IMG/VR virus record: IMGVR_UViG_3300014205_000185
Location: 32,001-96,000 of that record
DNA: 64,000 nucleotides
Origin: a virus
Taxonomy: Duplodnaviria; Caudoviricetes
Strand: one strand, 5' to 3'
Shown here: positions 17,769-27,279 of the stretch, in pieces
How positions within the stretch are numbered: the first letter of the stretch is position 1
Layout of the letters: every line of letters begins with the position of its first letter
Position numbers and translations under genes: made by a program
Notes under the pieces: model-generated
What the model was told of the DNA's origin: nothing
Database searches by the model: none
Seen by the model: only the letters and a program-made list of their open reading frames with translations

Positions 17769-18278
17769 ATGGGAGGAAGTGAACTACTCGATGAGGCGGC
17801 CTGCTGGCGCCATCGGGCGCTGTCCCCCACCGCCTGGGAGGACGTCGAGAACGGCTGGTACGGCACCAGGGGTGCGGCGGCGATGCTCGTGTGTCGCTTC
17901 GAGTGTCCGATCACCGAGACGTGCAAGAAGAAGATCTTTGGCGAAGACATCGTGGCCGGCGGCGGGTGGTACACCGCCAGTGGCGAGTTCCGCGAGATCC
18001 CGGCCGGAATGATGGACGCCCAGATGGCGGCGGCCGTTCTTGGGGTCGCCGTTGAGCGCGTCCAGCGCTGGATGGGGAACCGCCTGAAGACGGTCGCGAA
18101 GTATCACGGTCGAGCCCTCTACAAGCAGGATGACGTCTTCGCTATTGGCCGCGATCCCGCCGTCCACGGAACCAATGCCGCTCGTTATCGGCACGAGCGC
18201 AATGGAGAGGACCCCTGCTCGCGTTGTAACAGGGTGTTCGCTGGCAAACGGATTCGACGGACGAAGGCCGTGGTCTAG
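17769..18278 (+). CDS. divergent WhiB-like protein fused to an HTH and an HGT..CxxC module
   Basis: AAC..VCRFECPITETC..IVAGG (four Cys plus a G-turn); MAAAVLGVAVERVQRW HTH; HGT..RH..GEDPCSRC. Confidence 0.65.
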   Translation: MGGSELLDEAACWRHRALSPTAWEDVENGWYGTRGAAAMLVCRFECPITETCKKKIFGEDIVAGGGWYTASGEFREIPAGMMDAQMAAAVLGVAVERVQRWMGNRLKTVAKYHGRALYKQDDVFAIGRDPAVHGTNAARYRHERNGEDPCSRCNRVFAGKRIRRTKAVV

Positions 18279-18401
18279 GTGAAGGTCACCATCGACTGGG
18301 AGTCCTCCGGGGAGGTGTCGCAGCTCCTATTCGTGGCAAGTGGCATTTTCGCTACCTGCTTCGTATTGCTACTGATCTTCCTTTACTCCAGGAGGCTTTA
18401 G

Positions 18402-19154
18402 ATGCGCGTCTACTACGACTGCGAGATGGTGGAACGAGGCCGGGACTTACCCATCCAGCTGGTGTCGATCGGCATGGTCCGCGAGGACGGCGCCGAGTTC
18501 TACGCCGTCAACGAGGAGTGCTTATCGGCCGTTCAGCGCCATCCTTGGCTCTCGGTCAATGTGGCCCCACATCTGCCGATCCAGTCAGACGGTCCGTACA
18601 TCTTCCAATGGGACCGAGATCATCCCGACTACGACAATGTCCTGCCCCTGGACCTGCTCGCCGAGCGGGTCCGTTGGTTTCTTACCCAGGTGGTTGAGAA
18701 GACCGAGCTGTGGGCCTACTACGGGGCCTATGACCACGTAGTCCTGTGCCAATTGTTCGGCGCCATGGGAGAGCTGCCGGCCGGCATCCCCATGTTCACT
18801 CATGATCTTCAGCAGCTCTCCGAAGAGCACCCGAACATCAAGCTCCCTCCGTCGCCGGAGGTCGAGCATCACGCGCTCTTGGACGCGCGCTGGGTCCGAG
18901 ACGCCTACGAGAGGATCGCAATGCTCCGTCCCCGCGGCGAGGCGCCCACATACGGCGAGATCACGGACGAGGTCTACGGCGCCATCGCCGAGCTGAGTAT
19001 GCACAACGTCGGGTTCATCGGTGCCCCAGACGCCGGTAAGACGGTTCTGGTTCGGGACGTCCAGGCCCTGGCGCCGTCGCCTACAGATCCCAACGTTGTC
19101 ACCTCTGATACGGTCATCGACATCGACTGGATTGAGGGAGAAGGCACGCTGTGA
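18402..19154 (+). CDS. DEDDh 3'-5' exoribonuclease, Rv2179c/RNase AS-like
   Basis: YYDCE, LVSIGMV, LWAYYGAYDHVVLCQLFG, IPMFTHDL, HHALLDARW. Confidence 0.9.
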   Translation: MRVYYDCEMVERGRDLPIQLVSIGMVREDGAEFYAVNEECLSAVQRHPWLSVNVAPHLPIQSDGPYIFQWDRDHPDYDNVLPLDLLAERVRWFLTQVVEKTELWAYYGAYDHVVLCQLFGAMGELPAGIPMFTHDLQQLSEEHPNIKLPPSPEVEHHALLDARWVRDAYERIAMLRPRGEAPTYGEITDEVYGAIAELSMHNVGFIGAPDAGKTVLVRDVQALAPSPTDPNVVTSDTVIDIDWIEGEGTL

Positions 19155-19531
19155 TCAGGGTAAAGGTGGCCGATTCGGTCGACCTCTATGAGGTCTTTAA
19201 TGTGGATGCCGACAACATCGCCTACGACGCAGAGGCGCTAGAGCTGATCAAAGACGGCGAGACTGTAGCCGTCTTCAAGTCCTGGCTCTACGCCCTTCTG
19301 CTGCCCGAGAGCGAGAACGAAGTCCCCTTCGTCGTACTCAACGACTTCGACGACGAAGGAGATCTCGAAGACGATGATGACGACGACCTCGATGATGAAG
19401 ACGAGGACGAGGACGAGGACGACGAGATCGAGGACGCGGAAGTCATAGAGACCAACGACGTCGAGCGGACGATCACGGACCAGGCGGAGTGGGCTCGCCT
19501 ACAGGGCTTGCTGCGGAGCGACGCGGCGTAG
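19151..19531 (+). CDS. highly acidic small protein
   Basis: a run of about 30 almost exclusively D/E residues; last gene of the + arm. Confidence 0.7.
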   Translation: MIRVKVADSVDLYEVFNVDADNIAYDAEALELIKDGETVAVFKSWLYALLLPESENEVPFVVLNDFDDEGDLEDDDDDDLDDEDEDEDEDDEIEDAEVIETNDVERTITDQAEWARLQGLLRSDAA

Positions 19532-19880
19532 TTCCCTGCTCGCGGTACCGCTTGGTGCGGCCATGGCGGTACCCACGGTGCTGATGCACCTCCTGGCGGC
19601 GCGACTCAAGCTGCACCTGGGTCGCGTTGGCCTCCAGGCCCCAGGTGACCAGATTCAGCACGTCCTGAGCCAGCTGGCGGCTCCACCACTGGTCTCGGCC
19701 GCGGATAGTCAGGTTCAGAGTGACGATACCCAGAGCTTCGCCCGAGACGCCGTGACAGGTGACCGCGGGGTCTCCGTCGCAGGCCCAGCCCAGCACCCGC
19801 TCAGCCTGAGCCAGGAGGCGCGTTATGTCGCCATTCTTGGGCTGAAGCGTGTACTCGAAGGTCCTGGTCGAGCCCCCCAT
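19473..19880 (-). CDS. hypothetical protein, last gene of the late arm
   Basis: 135 aa, converges with the + arm. Confidence 0.6.
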   Translation of the reverse strand: MGGSTRTFEYTLQPKNGDITRLLAQAERVLGWACDGDPAVTCHGVSGEALGIVTLNLTIRGRDQWWSRQLAQDVLNLVTWGLEANATQVQLESRRQEVHQHRGYRHGRTKRYREQGTTPRRSAASPVGEPTPPGP

Positions 19881-19881
19881 G

Positions 19882-20262
19882 TCATTGGTCCTGAGGGAAC
19901 GTCGTGGTCGTCGTGGTCAGATACTGCTGCGTAGAGGACTGCGACTGGGACGGCGGAGTTGAACCCTGGTGCGGCGGCGGTCCCATCGGGGCCGACTCGA
20001 ACGCCCGGTCGGTGATCCGGAGTGCGTCGCGCCGATACTGGGCCAGCTCATGCATAAGCGCCTTGTTCTGTTCCAGAAGGCTATTGTTCGAGCCATTGGT
20101 ATTGCTCTTGATCTCCCTCAATTCAGCAAGACCAAGAGCCACGAGTAAGGTGAGAATTGCCGAGCTGACAGCCGCTACATCACGGTCTAAGAGCGCAACG
20201 GTTCCAATGACAACCATTGCGACAATGACCATAGAAGCGAGGGACCAGCTCACATTCCTCAT
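19882..20262 (-). CDS. two-TM membrane protein (holin-associated)
   Basis: two TM helices then IKSNTNG and a coiled segment. Confidence 0.65.
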   Translation of the reverse strand: MRNVSWSLASMVIVAMVVIGTVALLDRDVAAVSSAILTLLVALGLAELREIKSNTNGSNNSLLEQNKALMHELAQYRRDALRITDRAFESAPMGPPPHQGSTPPSQSQSSTQQYLTTTTTTFPQDQ

Positions 20263-20309
20263 ACCTTTGATCTTGCCAGAAATCAGACCTTATACAAGGT
20301 GAACCTGGC

Positions 20310-20513
20310 TCACTTAGGCGTTGTCGGCGTGTTGGGGATAGCCCACACGGCGAAGCCGGCAAGCAGTCCGGTGACGATGATGTTGACCCATTCGTTCGAG
20401 GTCACTCCAACGCCGCCAGGACTCGTCTCGATGATGGCGGTCTGATACAGCGAATAGGCGGCCACCACGAATCCCGTGAGCGCCTTGGCAACGGTTCCAA
20501 GTGCGTTAACCAT
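20310..20513 (-). CDS. putative holin
   Basis: AAGGAG RBS; two TM helices; VT..EW and VWAIPN motifs typical of actinophage holins. Confidence 0.75.
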   Translation of the reverse strand: MVNALGTVAKALTGFVVAAYSLYQTAIIETSPGGVGVTSNEWVNIIVTGLLAGFAVWAIPNTPTTPK

Positions 20514-20658
20514 GCGAGACTCCTTATGCAAGTTGCATATCCCGCACAGTATCCCTCCTTAAACGCAAGTTAAGGAGGATTCCGAAAGACAAAATGGACC
20601 CAACTTCCCATCGGGAGAAGCCGGGTCCATGTTGCCGAGCACAAGAGGTAGGGCCAGC

Positions 20659-21120
20659 CTAGTCGATGACGTCCCGCCGTCGGTAGCTGTGCCACCGGTT
20701 GCCGTCATATGGCCGCGCGTGCCGGACAGGCCCTGGAGAGTGGTCCGGCAGCTGCTCCCAGACCAGGACGTAGTTCGTGGTGAAGTCGTTGTTGAGCCAG
20801 CCCTCGAACAGGGAGATGACTCCTCCATCAGGACCGACAGAGCCTGGACCGAGGAGCCCAAGAGCGTCGCCTGGCTTCATCTCCCTGGGGTCGATCTCCT
20901 TGGCCCAGCCGTCGGACTCTAGGGTCATCGTGGACAGGCCGCCGAAGGAGTGGGGCGCATCGAGTGGGATGTCCCAGCACATGCTCAGATAGCCCGCGGA
21001 GTCCGTGCGGTAGCCGGAGGAGTGGAACCCGATCTTGTCGAACGGGACTGTCTTCTGTGGCCAGCCATAGCGAGTACGTAACAGGATCCGGGCCCTGGTG
21101 ATTGAGAGGTCAGTCTTCAC
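20659..21120 (-). CDS. NlpC/P60-like protein, catalytic residues apparently lost
   Basis: GYRTDSAGYLSMCW (cf. YRxDCSGYVSMAW), MKPGDAL, GGVISLFEGW..VWEQ. Confidence 0.75.
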   Translation of the reverse strand: MKTDLSITRARILLRTRYGWPQKTVPFDKIGFHSSGYRTDSAGYLSMCWDIPLDAPHSFGGLSTMTLESDGWAKEIDPREMKPGDALGLLGPGSVGPDGGVISLFEGWLNNDFTTNYVLVWEQLPDHSPGPVRHARPYDGNRWHSYRRRDVID

Positions 21121-21307
21121 CTGGTTCCTCTTTCAATTCCTTGACGAGGGTCAGCAACCGTTCGTCGGCATATTGCTCGATCCGCAGAATCAGGTTTCCA
21201 CGGTCCAGCTCGATGGAGATGCTGGCGCAACTCTCTTGGATTATGCCTGCTTCCAGTAGGGCCTGGTACCAACGCTTCGGGGTCAGATGGAGCGGCTTCT
21301 CCGTCAT
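21110..21307 (-). CDS. small hypothetical protein
   Basis: ATGA-coupled start. Confidence 0.55.
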   Translation of the reverse strand: MTEKPLHLTPKRWYQALLEAGIIQESCASISIELDRGNLILRIEQYADERLLTLVKELKEEPGED

Positions 21308-21951
21308 AGCGCCGCGTCTCCCTTGAAGGGGCGGCCGGAAGTGTTGCCCGGCTTGCCATCCGTTGGCAGTGCGTGATGGCGCCAAAGCCACGACTTGCGT
21401 ACCAGATGCGAGATCTTGGCGCCGGCCTCCAGGCAACCGAGGGTGAAGAACCGGTCCTCGCCGGAGTTATTTTGGCCGCGGTTCAATTCCTGAAAGCCGA
21501 CCTTCTTTGCCAGGTCCGTCCGCACCAGGGTGGTGATCGTAGTTTCGATCGGGTTCTCAGGATCGAACGGATTCAGGTAGTGCGTCACCGGGAAGACGAG
21601 GTCCTCCTCCAGGATCCGGGTCTCTCCGTTCTGGAATTGCTGCAAGATCTTGAACCACGAGTAGACGAAGTCGGCGCCCGTCTCCTGCTGGTGCTTCATT
21701 AACCACTCAAGATGCTTCTCTAAGAAGACGTCGTCAGAGTCCAGGAAAGCGACGAAGTCTGTGGTCGCCATCTCCAGCGCTCGCTGACGAGTAGCCGCGG
21801 CTCCTGCTCGGTCGTGGTCAATCACCACGATGTGTGCGTCCGGCAACAAGGTCTGCGCATGGACGGAGGCGGTCGCCTGCGCCAGCATGCCGCTCTTCAC
21901 TCGTGCTGGATGGGCTGGAGTAATAACGGAAACGGTCGGTCTACTGCTCAC
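21304..21951 (-). CDS. glycosyltransferase family 2 (GT-A)
   Basis: VSVITP, GAAATR, FVAFLDSDD (DxD), GED. Confidence 0.9.
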   Translation of the reverse strand: MSSRPTVSVITPAHPARVKSGMLAQATASVHAQTLLPDAHIVVIDHDRAGAAATRQRALEMATTDFVAFLDSDDVFLEKHLEWLMKHQQETGADFVYSWFKILQQFQNGETRILEEDLVFPVTHYLNPFDPENPIETTITTLVRTDLAKKVGFQELNRGQNNSGEDRFFTLGCLEAGAKISHLVRKSWLWRHHALPTDGKPGNTSGRPFKGDAAL

Positions 21952-21971
21952 TTGCTCACTCTCCCAGGTCG

Positions 21972-22646
21972 TTAGCGATAAGGCTTACCAGTGTGCCCAG
22001 TGAGCCAGCCGTCGTGATGAATTCCGGTTACCTGGTCAATGAAGGAGCCGGGACAGCCGCTGTGGCGCCAGTCGGCGACCAGTTTCCAGTCGACCGCGGC
22101 GATGCCCGCGTTCGGATCCCAGGTAGCTACCGTGAGGGCCCCCTTCCAGCACATGATGCCGGTGGCATCAAGGTGCCCCTCGACGAAGGAGTCGTCACCG
22201 ATGACGTTCCAGTGCTCTCCGTTCGCACGGAACTCCACTTTGGACACGGACCACATGGTCTCGGCCTGCTGCATGGCCGTCACGTGAGTGCTCACATGAT
22301 GAGGGAGCAACTCATCGTCGTCGCCAAGGAAGCCAACGAACTCACCCAGCGCCAGCCTGGACCCGAGCATCCACGGCACTGCTCCATTGGCAGCCCTGGT
22401 GGCCGCGTTCTTCCAGGTGTCGTTGATCTCGATGAAGCGCACGCGCCGGCCCTGAGGGTCATAGCGGTGCTGACTCACGTACAGGTCGTGCAGGCCCTCG
22501 TTTTCATCGCTGATGATGACGTGCTCGATCTTTCCGTCGTAGTCCTGGCGAAGGACTGACGGCATGCAGCGGCCGAGCAGCTCGTCCTCGCGGCCGGGGA
22601 TGGTCGGCGTAACGATCGAGACGAGCGGCCTACTTGGTTCGGTCAA
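21972..22646 (-). CDS. glycosyltransferase family 2 (GT-A)
   Basis: PLVSIVTPT, SVLRQDY, GEFVGFLGDDD. Confidence 0.88.
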   Translation of the reverse strand: MTEPSRPLVSIVTPTIPGREDELLGRCMPSVLRQDYDGKIEHVIISDENEGLHDLYVSQHRYDPQGRRVRFIEINDTWKNAATRAANGAVPWMLGSRLALGEFVGFLGDDDELLPHHVSTHVTAMQQAETMWSVSKVEFRANGEHWNVIGDDSFVEGHLDATGIMCWKGALTVATWDPNAGIAAVDWKLVADWRHSGCPGSFIDQVTGIHHDGWLTGHTGKPYR

Positions 22647-23589
22647 GGTCGGCCTCGATCATCCGGCGAACGACTTCCTCGAACTTGACGGTGGCCTCCC
22701 AGCCCAGGATGCGCTTTGCCTTGCGCGCGTCGGCCTGGAGCAGCTCTACGTCAGCTGGCCGGAAGAGACTCCGCTCGGAGACTACGTAGTCCTGCCATTT
22801 GAGCCCGACGTAGCCGAATGCAGCCTCACACAACTCCGTAACGGAGTGGACTTCGCCAGTACCCAGGACGTAGTCCTCAGGCTCCTTCTGGGCCGCCATG
22901 AGTGGCAGTGCCGCCATGAACTCGGGAGCCCAGCCCCAGTCACGTCGAGCTTCCATGTTGCCCAGCTGGAGCACGTAGTTACCGGTGCCAGCTCGATAGG
23001 CTGCCACCGCACCCCGGACCACCTTGCGAGTGACGAACTCGAACCCGCGCCGCGGCGACTCGTGGTTGAACATGATCGCTGCGGAGGCGTGGATGCCGTA
23101 GGACTCGCGGTAGTTGATCACGGTGTGGTGTGCGAAGGCCTTGGCGACGCCATAGGGAGAGCGGGGGCTGAGCGGGGTCAGCTCGTCCTGTGGGACCTCG
23201 CGCACGGCTCCATACATTTCGGAGCTGGAGGCGTGAACCAGACGGATCTCGCGGTTCACGTTTCGGATCGCTTCCAGCATCCGTAGGACCCCGAGCCCAG
23301 TTACCTCCGACATGAGTGTGGGCTGGAGCCACGAGGCGCCGACGAACGTTAGGGCGCCAAGGTTGTAGACGACCTCAGGCTGAATCTGGGCAAGCAGGGT
23401 CTGTAGGCCCGACTGGTCGAGCAGGTCGCCCTCGACGAGGCGCAGCGTTGGCAATTCCTCTTGGAGCTGGTCCCTGGCGGGTCCCGGCCGCCCCCGGACC
23501 ATGCCGTAGACCTCGTGCCGTTCCGCCAGGAGCTGCTGGGCAAGATAGAACCCGCTCTGGCCGGAGACTCCTGTGATCAGAACCCGCAT
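22630..23589 (-). CDS. gmd: GDP-mannose 4,6-dehydratase
   Basis: LITGVSGQSG, ASSSEMYG, PRSPYGVAK, FNHESPRRG.EFVTRK, LGN..A.RDWG, FRPADV. Confidence 0.93.
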   Translation of the reverse strand: MRVLITGVSGQSGFYLAQQLLAERHEVYGMVRGRPGPARDQLQEELPTLRLVEGDLLDQSGLQTLLAQIQPEVVYNLGALTFVGASWLQPTLMSEVTGLGVLRMLEAIRNVNREIRLVHASSSEMYGAVREVPQDELTPLSPRSPYGVAKAFAHHTVINYRESYGIHASAAIMFNHESPRRGFEFVTRKVVRGAVAAYRAGTGNYVLQLGNMEARRDWGWAPEFMAALPLMAAQKEPEDYVLGTGEVHSVTELCEAAFGYVGLKWQDYVVSERSLFRPADVELLQADARKAKRILGWEATVKFEEVVRRMIEADLDRTK

Positions 23590-24266
23590 GTGGATTCCCT
23601 ATCTAGGTGGCATAGATACTCGAAGCTGGGGATGGCCGACGAGATGTCGTGACGGACCATCGGCTTGACTTCCGGTCGCGTGGTCATGGCCAGCTGGTAC
23701 ATGGTCTTGGCCCCGGTGCCCACCCAGCGAACGGCGTCGGTAATCGCGTCCTGGTGTACGGCGCTGTGGATGAGCTTGGCGATGACGTGGTCGCTGTCGC
23801 CGATCGTCCACATGTCAGTGAAGGCGCGCGGGTACTCGAAGGGGTCGCTGCGGAACGATGTCCTCAGGACCATGTAGCCGTGACGGTGCCGTTGGACTTC
23901 ACGTTCGGCCTGAAGCTTGGTCGAGATGTAGAAGTTCCAGGGCTCCAGGACGCACTCAGTCGAGATGAGAATGATGGGACACCGCGCCGCGGAGACAAGG
24001 TTCCGGGTGCCTAGAACGTTGGTACGGAAGCATTCCCATGCAGCAGCCGGGTTGTTGTCGGGGGCGCGAGTATTGGTGTAGGCCGCTGCGTGGACGATCA
24101 GGCTAGCGCCACTGCCCCAGACGTAGCTGTTCACCATGTCGGGGTCGGTGATGTCCAGCTCGCTCCGGCTAGGCGCTATGTAGTCGCCCAGCTGGAGCAG
24201 CTCCCTGCCGAGTTGGCCGGTACCGCCAGTGAGAAGGATGGCGCCGGTCCGCTCCGGTTGCCTCAC
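23577..24266 (-). CDS. RmlD-like NDP-4-keto-6-deoxyhexose reductase (extended SDR)
   Basis: ILLTGGTGQLGREL, R.ELDITD, HAAAYT, ISTE, YISTK. Confidence 0.85.
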   Translation of the reverse strand: MRQPERTGAILLTGGTGQLGRELLQLGDYIAPSRSELDITDPDMVNSYVWGSGASLIVHAAAYTNTRAPDNNPAAAWECFRTNVLGTRNLVSAARCPIILISTECVLEPWNFYISTKLQAEREVQRHRHGYMVLRTSFRSDPFEYPRAFTDMWTIGDSDHVIAKLIHSAVHQDAITDAVRWVGTGAKTMYQLAMTTRPEVKPMVRHDISSAIPSFEYLCHLDRESTCGF

Positions 24267-25477
24267 AGGAGTACCGGCACGGGGATCGGCACCAACCACT
24301 GACCCTGGAAAGCCTTCTCCCGCTGGAGCACGCCGGACAGGTAGTTCCAGATGCCCAGCAGGTAGACGTCGGGCGCCCGGCTATCCGACCGTGGGTCGAT
24401 GATCGGGATGCCGGTGCCCGGGGTGTAGCGCCCATGCTTGGTCGGCGTGGTGTCCACGAAGTACTGGACTAGCTCGCGATCAATGCCACAGAAGTTCAGT
24501 AGCGTCGTCGACTTGGCCGAGGCGCCGTAGCCAGCGACCCGCTTTCCCTCACGCTTGAGTTCGAGCAGGAGCCCGAGCAGCTTCGCCTGGATCCGATCGG
24601 CGCGACCCTGAAGCCCGTCAAGAACGTGTTCGTCGCGCAGCCACTCCTCGTCGTGGAGTAGTCGGGCAACGCTGTACTCCGGCGGATACCCGATCTCACG
24701 TCGACCGATGACCACCCGTAGGGAACCGCCCTGTGGATTTGTCTGGGTGACGTGCAGCGGCCGTAGGCCGTGCCGCTCCAGGGCGTAGGTGAGCGACGTC
24801 AGGGAGAAGAACTGCCGGTGTTCGTGGTAGACGTGGTCGATCTGATTGCCCGTCACGAGGTCGGCCAGGTACTGGAACTCGACGACGGCCTCACCGTTAG
24901 GTGCCAACACGATGTTGAGGCCCTCGATGAAGTCATTGAGGTCGGCCACGTGGGCGATGACGTTGTTGGCGATCACCAGTCCCTGGTGTCCATGTTGGAC
25001 GACGATGCGTAACGCCGCATCGGTACCGAACCCTTCGACCCACACGTTGAGTCCGGCCTCCTGCGCTTTGATCGCAGGTCCCTGGGCCGGGTCGATGCCG
25101 AGCGTTGGATAGCCGGCTGCGGCAAAGCTCTTGAGCATGGTGCCGTCGTTACAGGCAATCTCCAGTACGCCCAGGCGGCACAGGTCCGGAAACTTGGCCA
25201 TGAGGTCTGCTGCGTATGCCTTCTGGTGCTCCACAGCTACCCAGGAAGAGCCTGTGTAGAATCCGTAGTCCCCGCCCCACAGGATGTCGTCGGGCACTAC
25301 CTCGGTTAGCTGGACCAGCGTGCAGCGGTTGCACCGGAACAGCCCTAGCGGGTAGCGCTCCTGGACCTGGTCTGGGTCCGTCGGGAACTCATCCGCGAGA
25401 GGGCTATCGCAGAGGTACAGCACCTCATGAAGATTGGTCGAGTGGCAGCTGCCGCAAACCTCACGCCTCATTGCCAT
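24263..25477 (-). CDS. NDP-hexose C-methyltransferase (TylC3/NovU-type)
   Basis: CxxC..PLA..F..YPL...CxxC.LVQL Zn domain; EIACNDG; NNVIAHV; YHEH; GYGASAK; G.YTPGT.IPI. Confidence 0.92.
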   Translation of the reverse strand: MAMRREVCGSCHSTNLHEVLYLCDSPLADEFPTDPDQVQERYPLGLFRCNRCTLVQLTEVVPDDILWGGDYGFYTGSSWVAVEHQKAYAADLMAKFPDLCRLGVLEIACNDGTMLKSFAAAGYPTLGIDPAQGPAIKAQEAGLNVWVEGFGTDAALRIVVQHGHQGLVIANNVIAHVADLNDFIEGLNIVLAPNGEAVVEFQYLADLVTGNQIDHVYHEHRQFFSLTSLTYALERHGLRPLHVTQTNPQGGSLRVVIGRREIGYPPEYSVARLLHDEEWLRDEHVLDGLQGRADRIQAKLLGLLLELKREGKRVAGYGASAKSTTLLNFCGIDRELVQYFVDTTPTKHGRYTPGTGIPIIDPRSDSRAPDVYLLGIWNYLSGVLQREKAFQGQWLVPIPVPVLL

Positions 25478-26427
25478 GACCCTTCGTAGACGGCTTCCCA
25501 CTTTGATACGTGTTTGTCGATCGTAAACTCCAGCGCCTTGAGCATGGCAGCATTGCTCATTTGCTCCCGGAGGGTGTCATCGGTAAGGGCGTGGAGGTAC
25601 TTGGGCCAATCGTCAGGCTCGCGAACCAGGAATCCATTCACTCCGTGATCGATAATGTCGGCATACTCCCCGATGTCACTGGCGATGGCCGGGACGCCCT
25701 GAGCGAAGTACTCCTTGACCTTGATTCCGCTCTTGCATTGGTTGAACGGAGTGTCGACCAGTGGGGCGATACCGATGCTGAAGTCCATCGCCTTCCAGTA
25801 GTTCTCCATGATGTCCCAGCCGGTGTAGCGCGCTCGCACGTGTGGGGCCATGTAGTTGGCCCCGATGCAGTGGAACCGAGCCCGCGGCTCATGGGCGGCA
25901 TAGATCGCCAGCTGCTGGCCGACGCCGGGCCAGTCCTGCTGATGGAACATGCTGCCGGCCCAACCGACGATGACCTCGTCGCCCTGTTGATGGCGCACCG
26001 AGGCGATCCAGTCGGCCGGCAGGCAGTTGGGCAGCACTACGACATTGGGATTCAGCTCCCGCATCCGGGCGGCGAGTTTCGGCGTCGAGACCGTGACCAC
26101 GTTGGCGAGCCGGATGTTGTTGGCGGTGTCGGCGGCGATCGGAGCGTAGATCGAGTACGGCAGCGAGTTGCTCGGGTCGACCTCTAGCAGGTTGTCGTCA
26201 AGGTCGTAGACCGCCAGGAGGTTGGGATTGGCGCACATCTCCTCCCAGGCCGTGTTCTTACCCGCGATTCGTTGACCTATAACGACATCACCTAGCGATG
26301 GGTCCGGCGGTGGCGGGGACCAGTGCACCTCGAAGCGACTCGGGTCGAGCTTGTTCAGCGGGTAGTGCAGACGGTACAGATAGCAGGCGGCGCCATCGGT
26401 GGCGATGGCAAAGATTCGAGTTACCAC
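25468..26427 (-). CDS. GT-B (GT4-like) glycosyltransferase
   Basis: YDLDD, VTVST..LA, VLPN, VGWAG, IAPL...FN.CKS.IK..EY...GVP.IAS. Confidence 0.88.
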   Translation of the reverse strand: MVTRIFAIATDGAACYLYRLHYPLNKLDPSRFEVHWSPPPPDPSLGDVVIGQRIAGKNTAWEEMCANPNLLAVYDLDDNLLEVDPSNSLPYSIYAPIAADTANNIRLANVVTVSTPKLAARMRELNPNVVVLPNCLPADWIASVRHQQGDEVIVGWAGSMFHQQDWPGVGQQLAIYAAHEPRARFHCIGANYMAPHVRARYTGWDIMENYWKAMDFSIGIAPLVDTPFNQCKSGIKVKEYFAQGVPAIASDIGEYADIIDHGVNGFLVREPDDWPKYLHALTDDTLREQMSNAAMLKALEFTIDKHVSKWEAVYEGSWQ

Positions 26428-27092
26428 GGCACATACCCCCAACGCTTACGGAATGCCTCGCGGTCCCGGCCGGTCTGTTCGCCGAGTCCGGGAATGGTGT
26501 TGGTGTAGTCGCCCGGACGGCTGTTCGGGGCGGCCGGGCCGCCGACCATCACCATGCCGCCGTTGATCCGGCAGTCGAAGTCGACCGACGTGTCCTGCCA
26601 CCACCAGTGCATCGTTTCGTCTGCCCTGATTCCCCTGTCGCCGTCAATGACGTAGGCCCAGCCGACCATCCGCCCGGCGATGTCGCTGTCGGGTGCCGTC
26701 TTGACCACAGGCGCATGCTGGCGCCCCCAGGGGTTAGCACAGCCGGCCGTGGCCCCCGTCTCGCGCATACCTGCCACCACTCGCGCGTACCAGTCGCCAG
26801 GAACGATGACGTCGTCGCAGAGCATCGCGATGTCTCGTGGCTCGTTGTGGGTGATGCTGGCCAGGAGGTCCCAGCCGATGTTCCACATCCGAGCGATGTT
26901 GGGCGGCTGTTCGGGCCAATAGAACGAGGCCACCCGTGAGTCCTTCGGGATGTCCGATGGCGGGCTAGAGGCGTTATCGAAGATCAGTAGCTGGTCTACC
27001 TGAGGCAAAATCGCCTCGATGCCGGCCCTTAGTAGCTCGGGCCGATTGTGGGTCAGGATCAAGGCGCAGCGCACGCGCTCGTCAGTAGTCAT
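26421..27092 (-). CDS. glycosyltransferase family 2 (GT-A)
   Basis: ILTHNRP..L, IFDNAS, WNIG, MLCDD, DE..HWWWQD. Confidence 0.85.
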   Translation of the reverse strand: MTTDERVRCALILTHNRPELLRAGIEAILPQVDQLLIFDNASSPPSDIPKDSRVASFYWPEQPPNIARMWNIGWDLLASITHNEPRDIAMLCDDVIVPGDWYARVVAGMRETGATAGCANPWGRQHAPVVKTAPDSDIAGRMVGWAYVIDGDRGIRADETMHWWWQDTSVDFDCRINGGMVMVGGPAAPNSRPGDYTNTIPGLGEQTGRDREAFRKRWGYVPW

Positions 27093-27279
27093 CAGTGGCC
27101 AGCGCCTTGGCGATACGGCCCATGAGTGCAGCTACTTCGCCTGAGGTCCCGTGGAACTCGATCGTCGTCAACGTGTCCCTGTTCTCGATCACGAGATTGA
27201 ACCTTCCCCACGACTCCTCGATCTGAACGCTGGAACCTTCAGCGGGGATCCGGAGGCGATCCATATGAGCCCGGCTCAT
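27082..27279 (-). CDS. small hypothetical protein
   Basis: coupled 65-aa ORF. Confidence 0.5.
   Translation of the reverse strand: MSRAHMDRLRIPAEGSSVQIEESWGRFNLVIENRDTLTTIEFHGTSGEVAALMGRIAKALATDDY

Noticed and set aside
19340-19440. GACGAG/GATGAC microsatellite-like run
   Set aside because: It simply encodes the D/E tract of the acidic protein.
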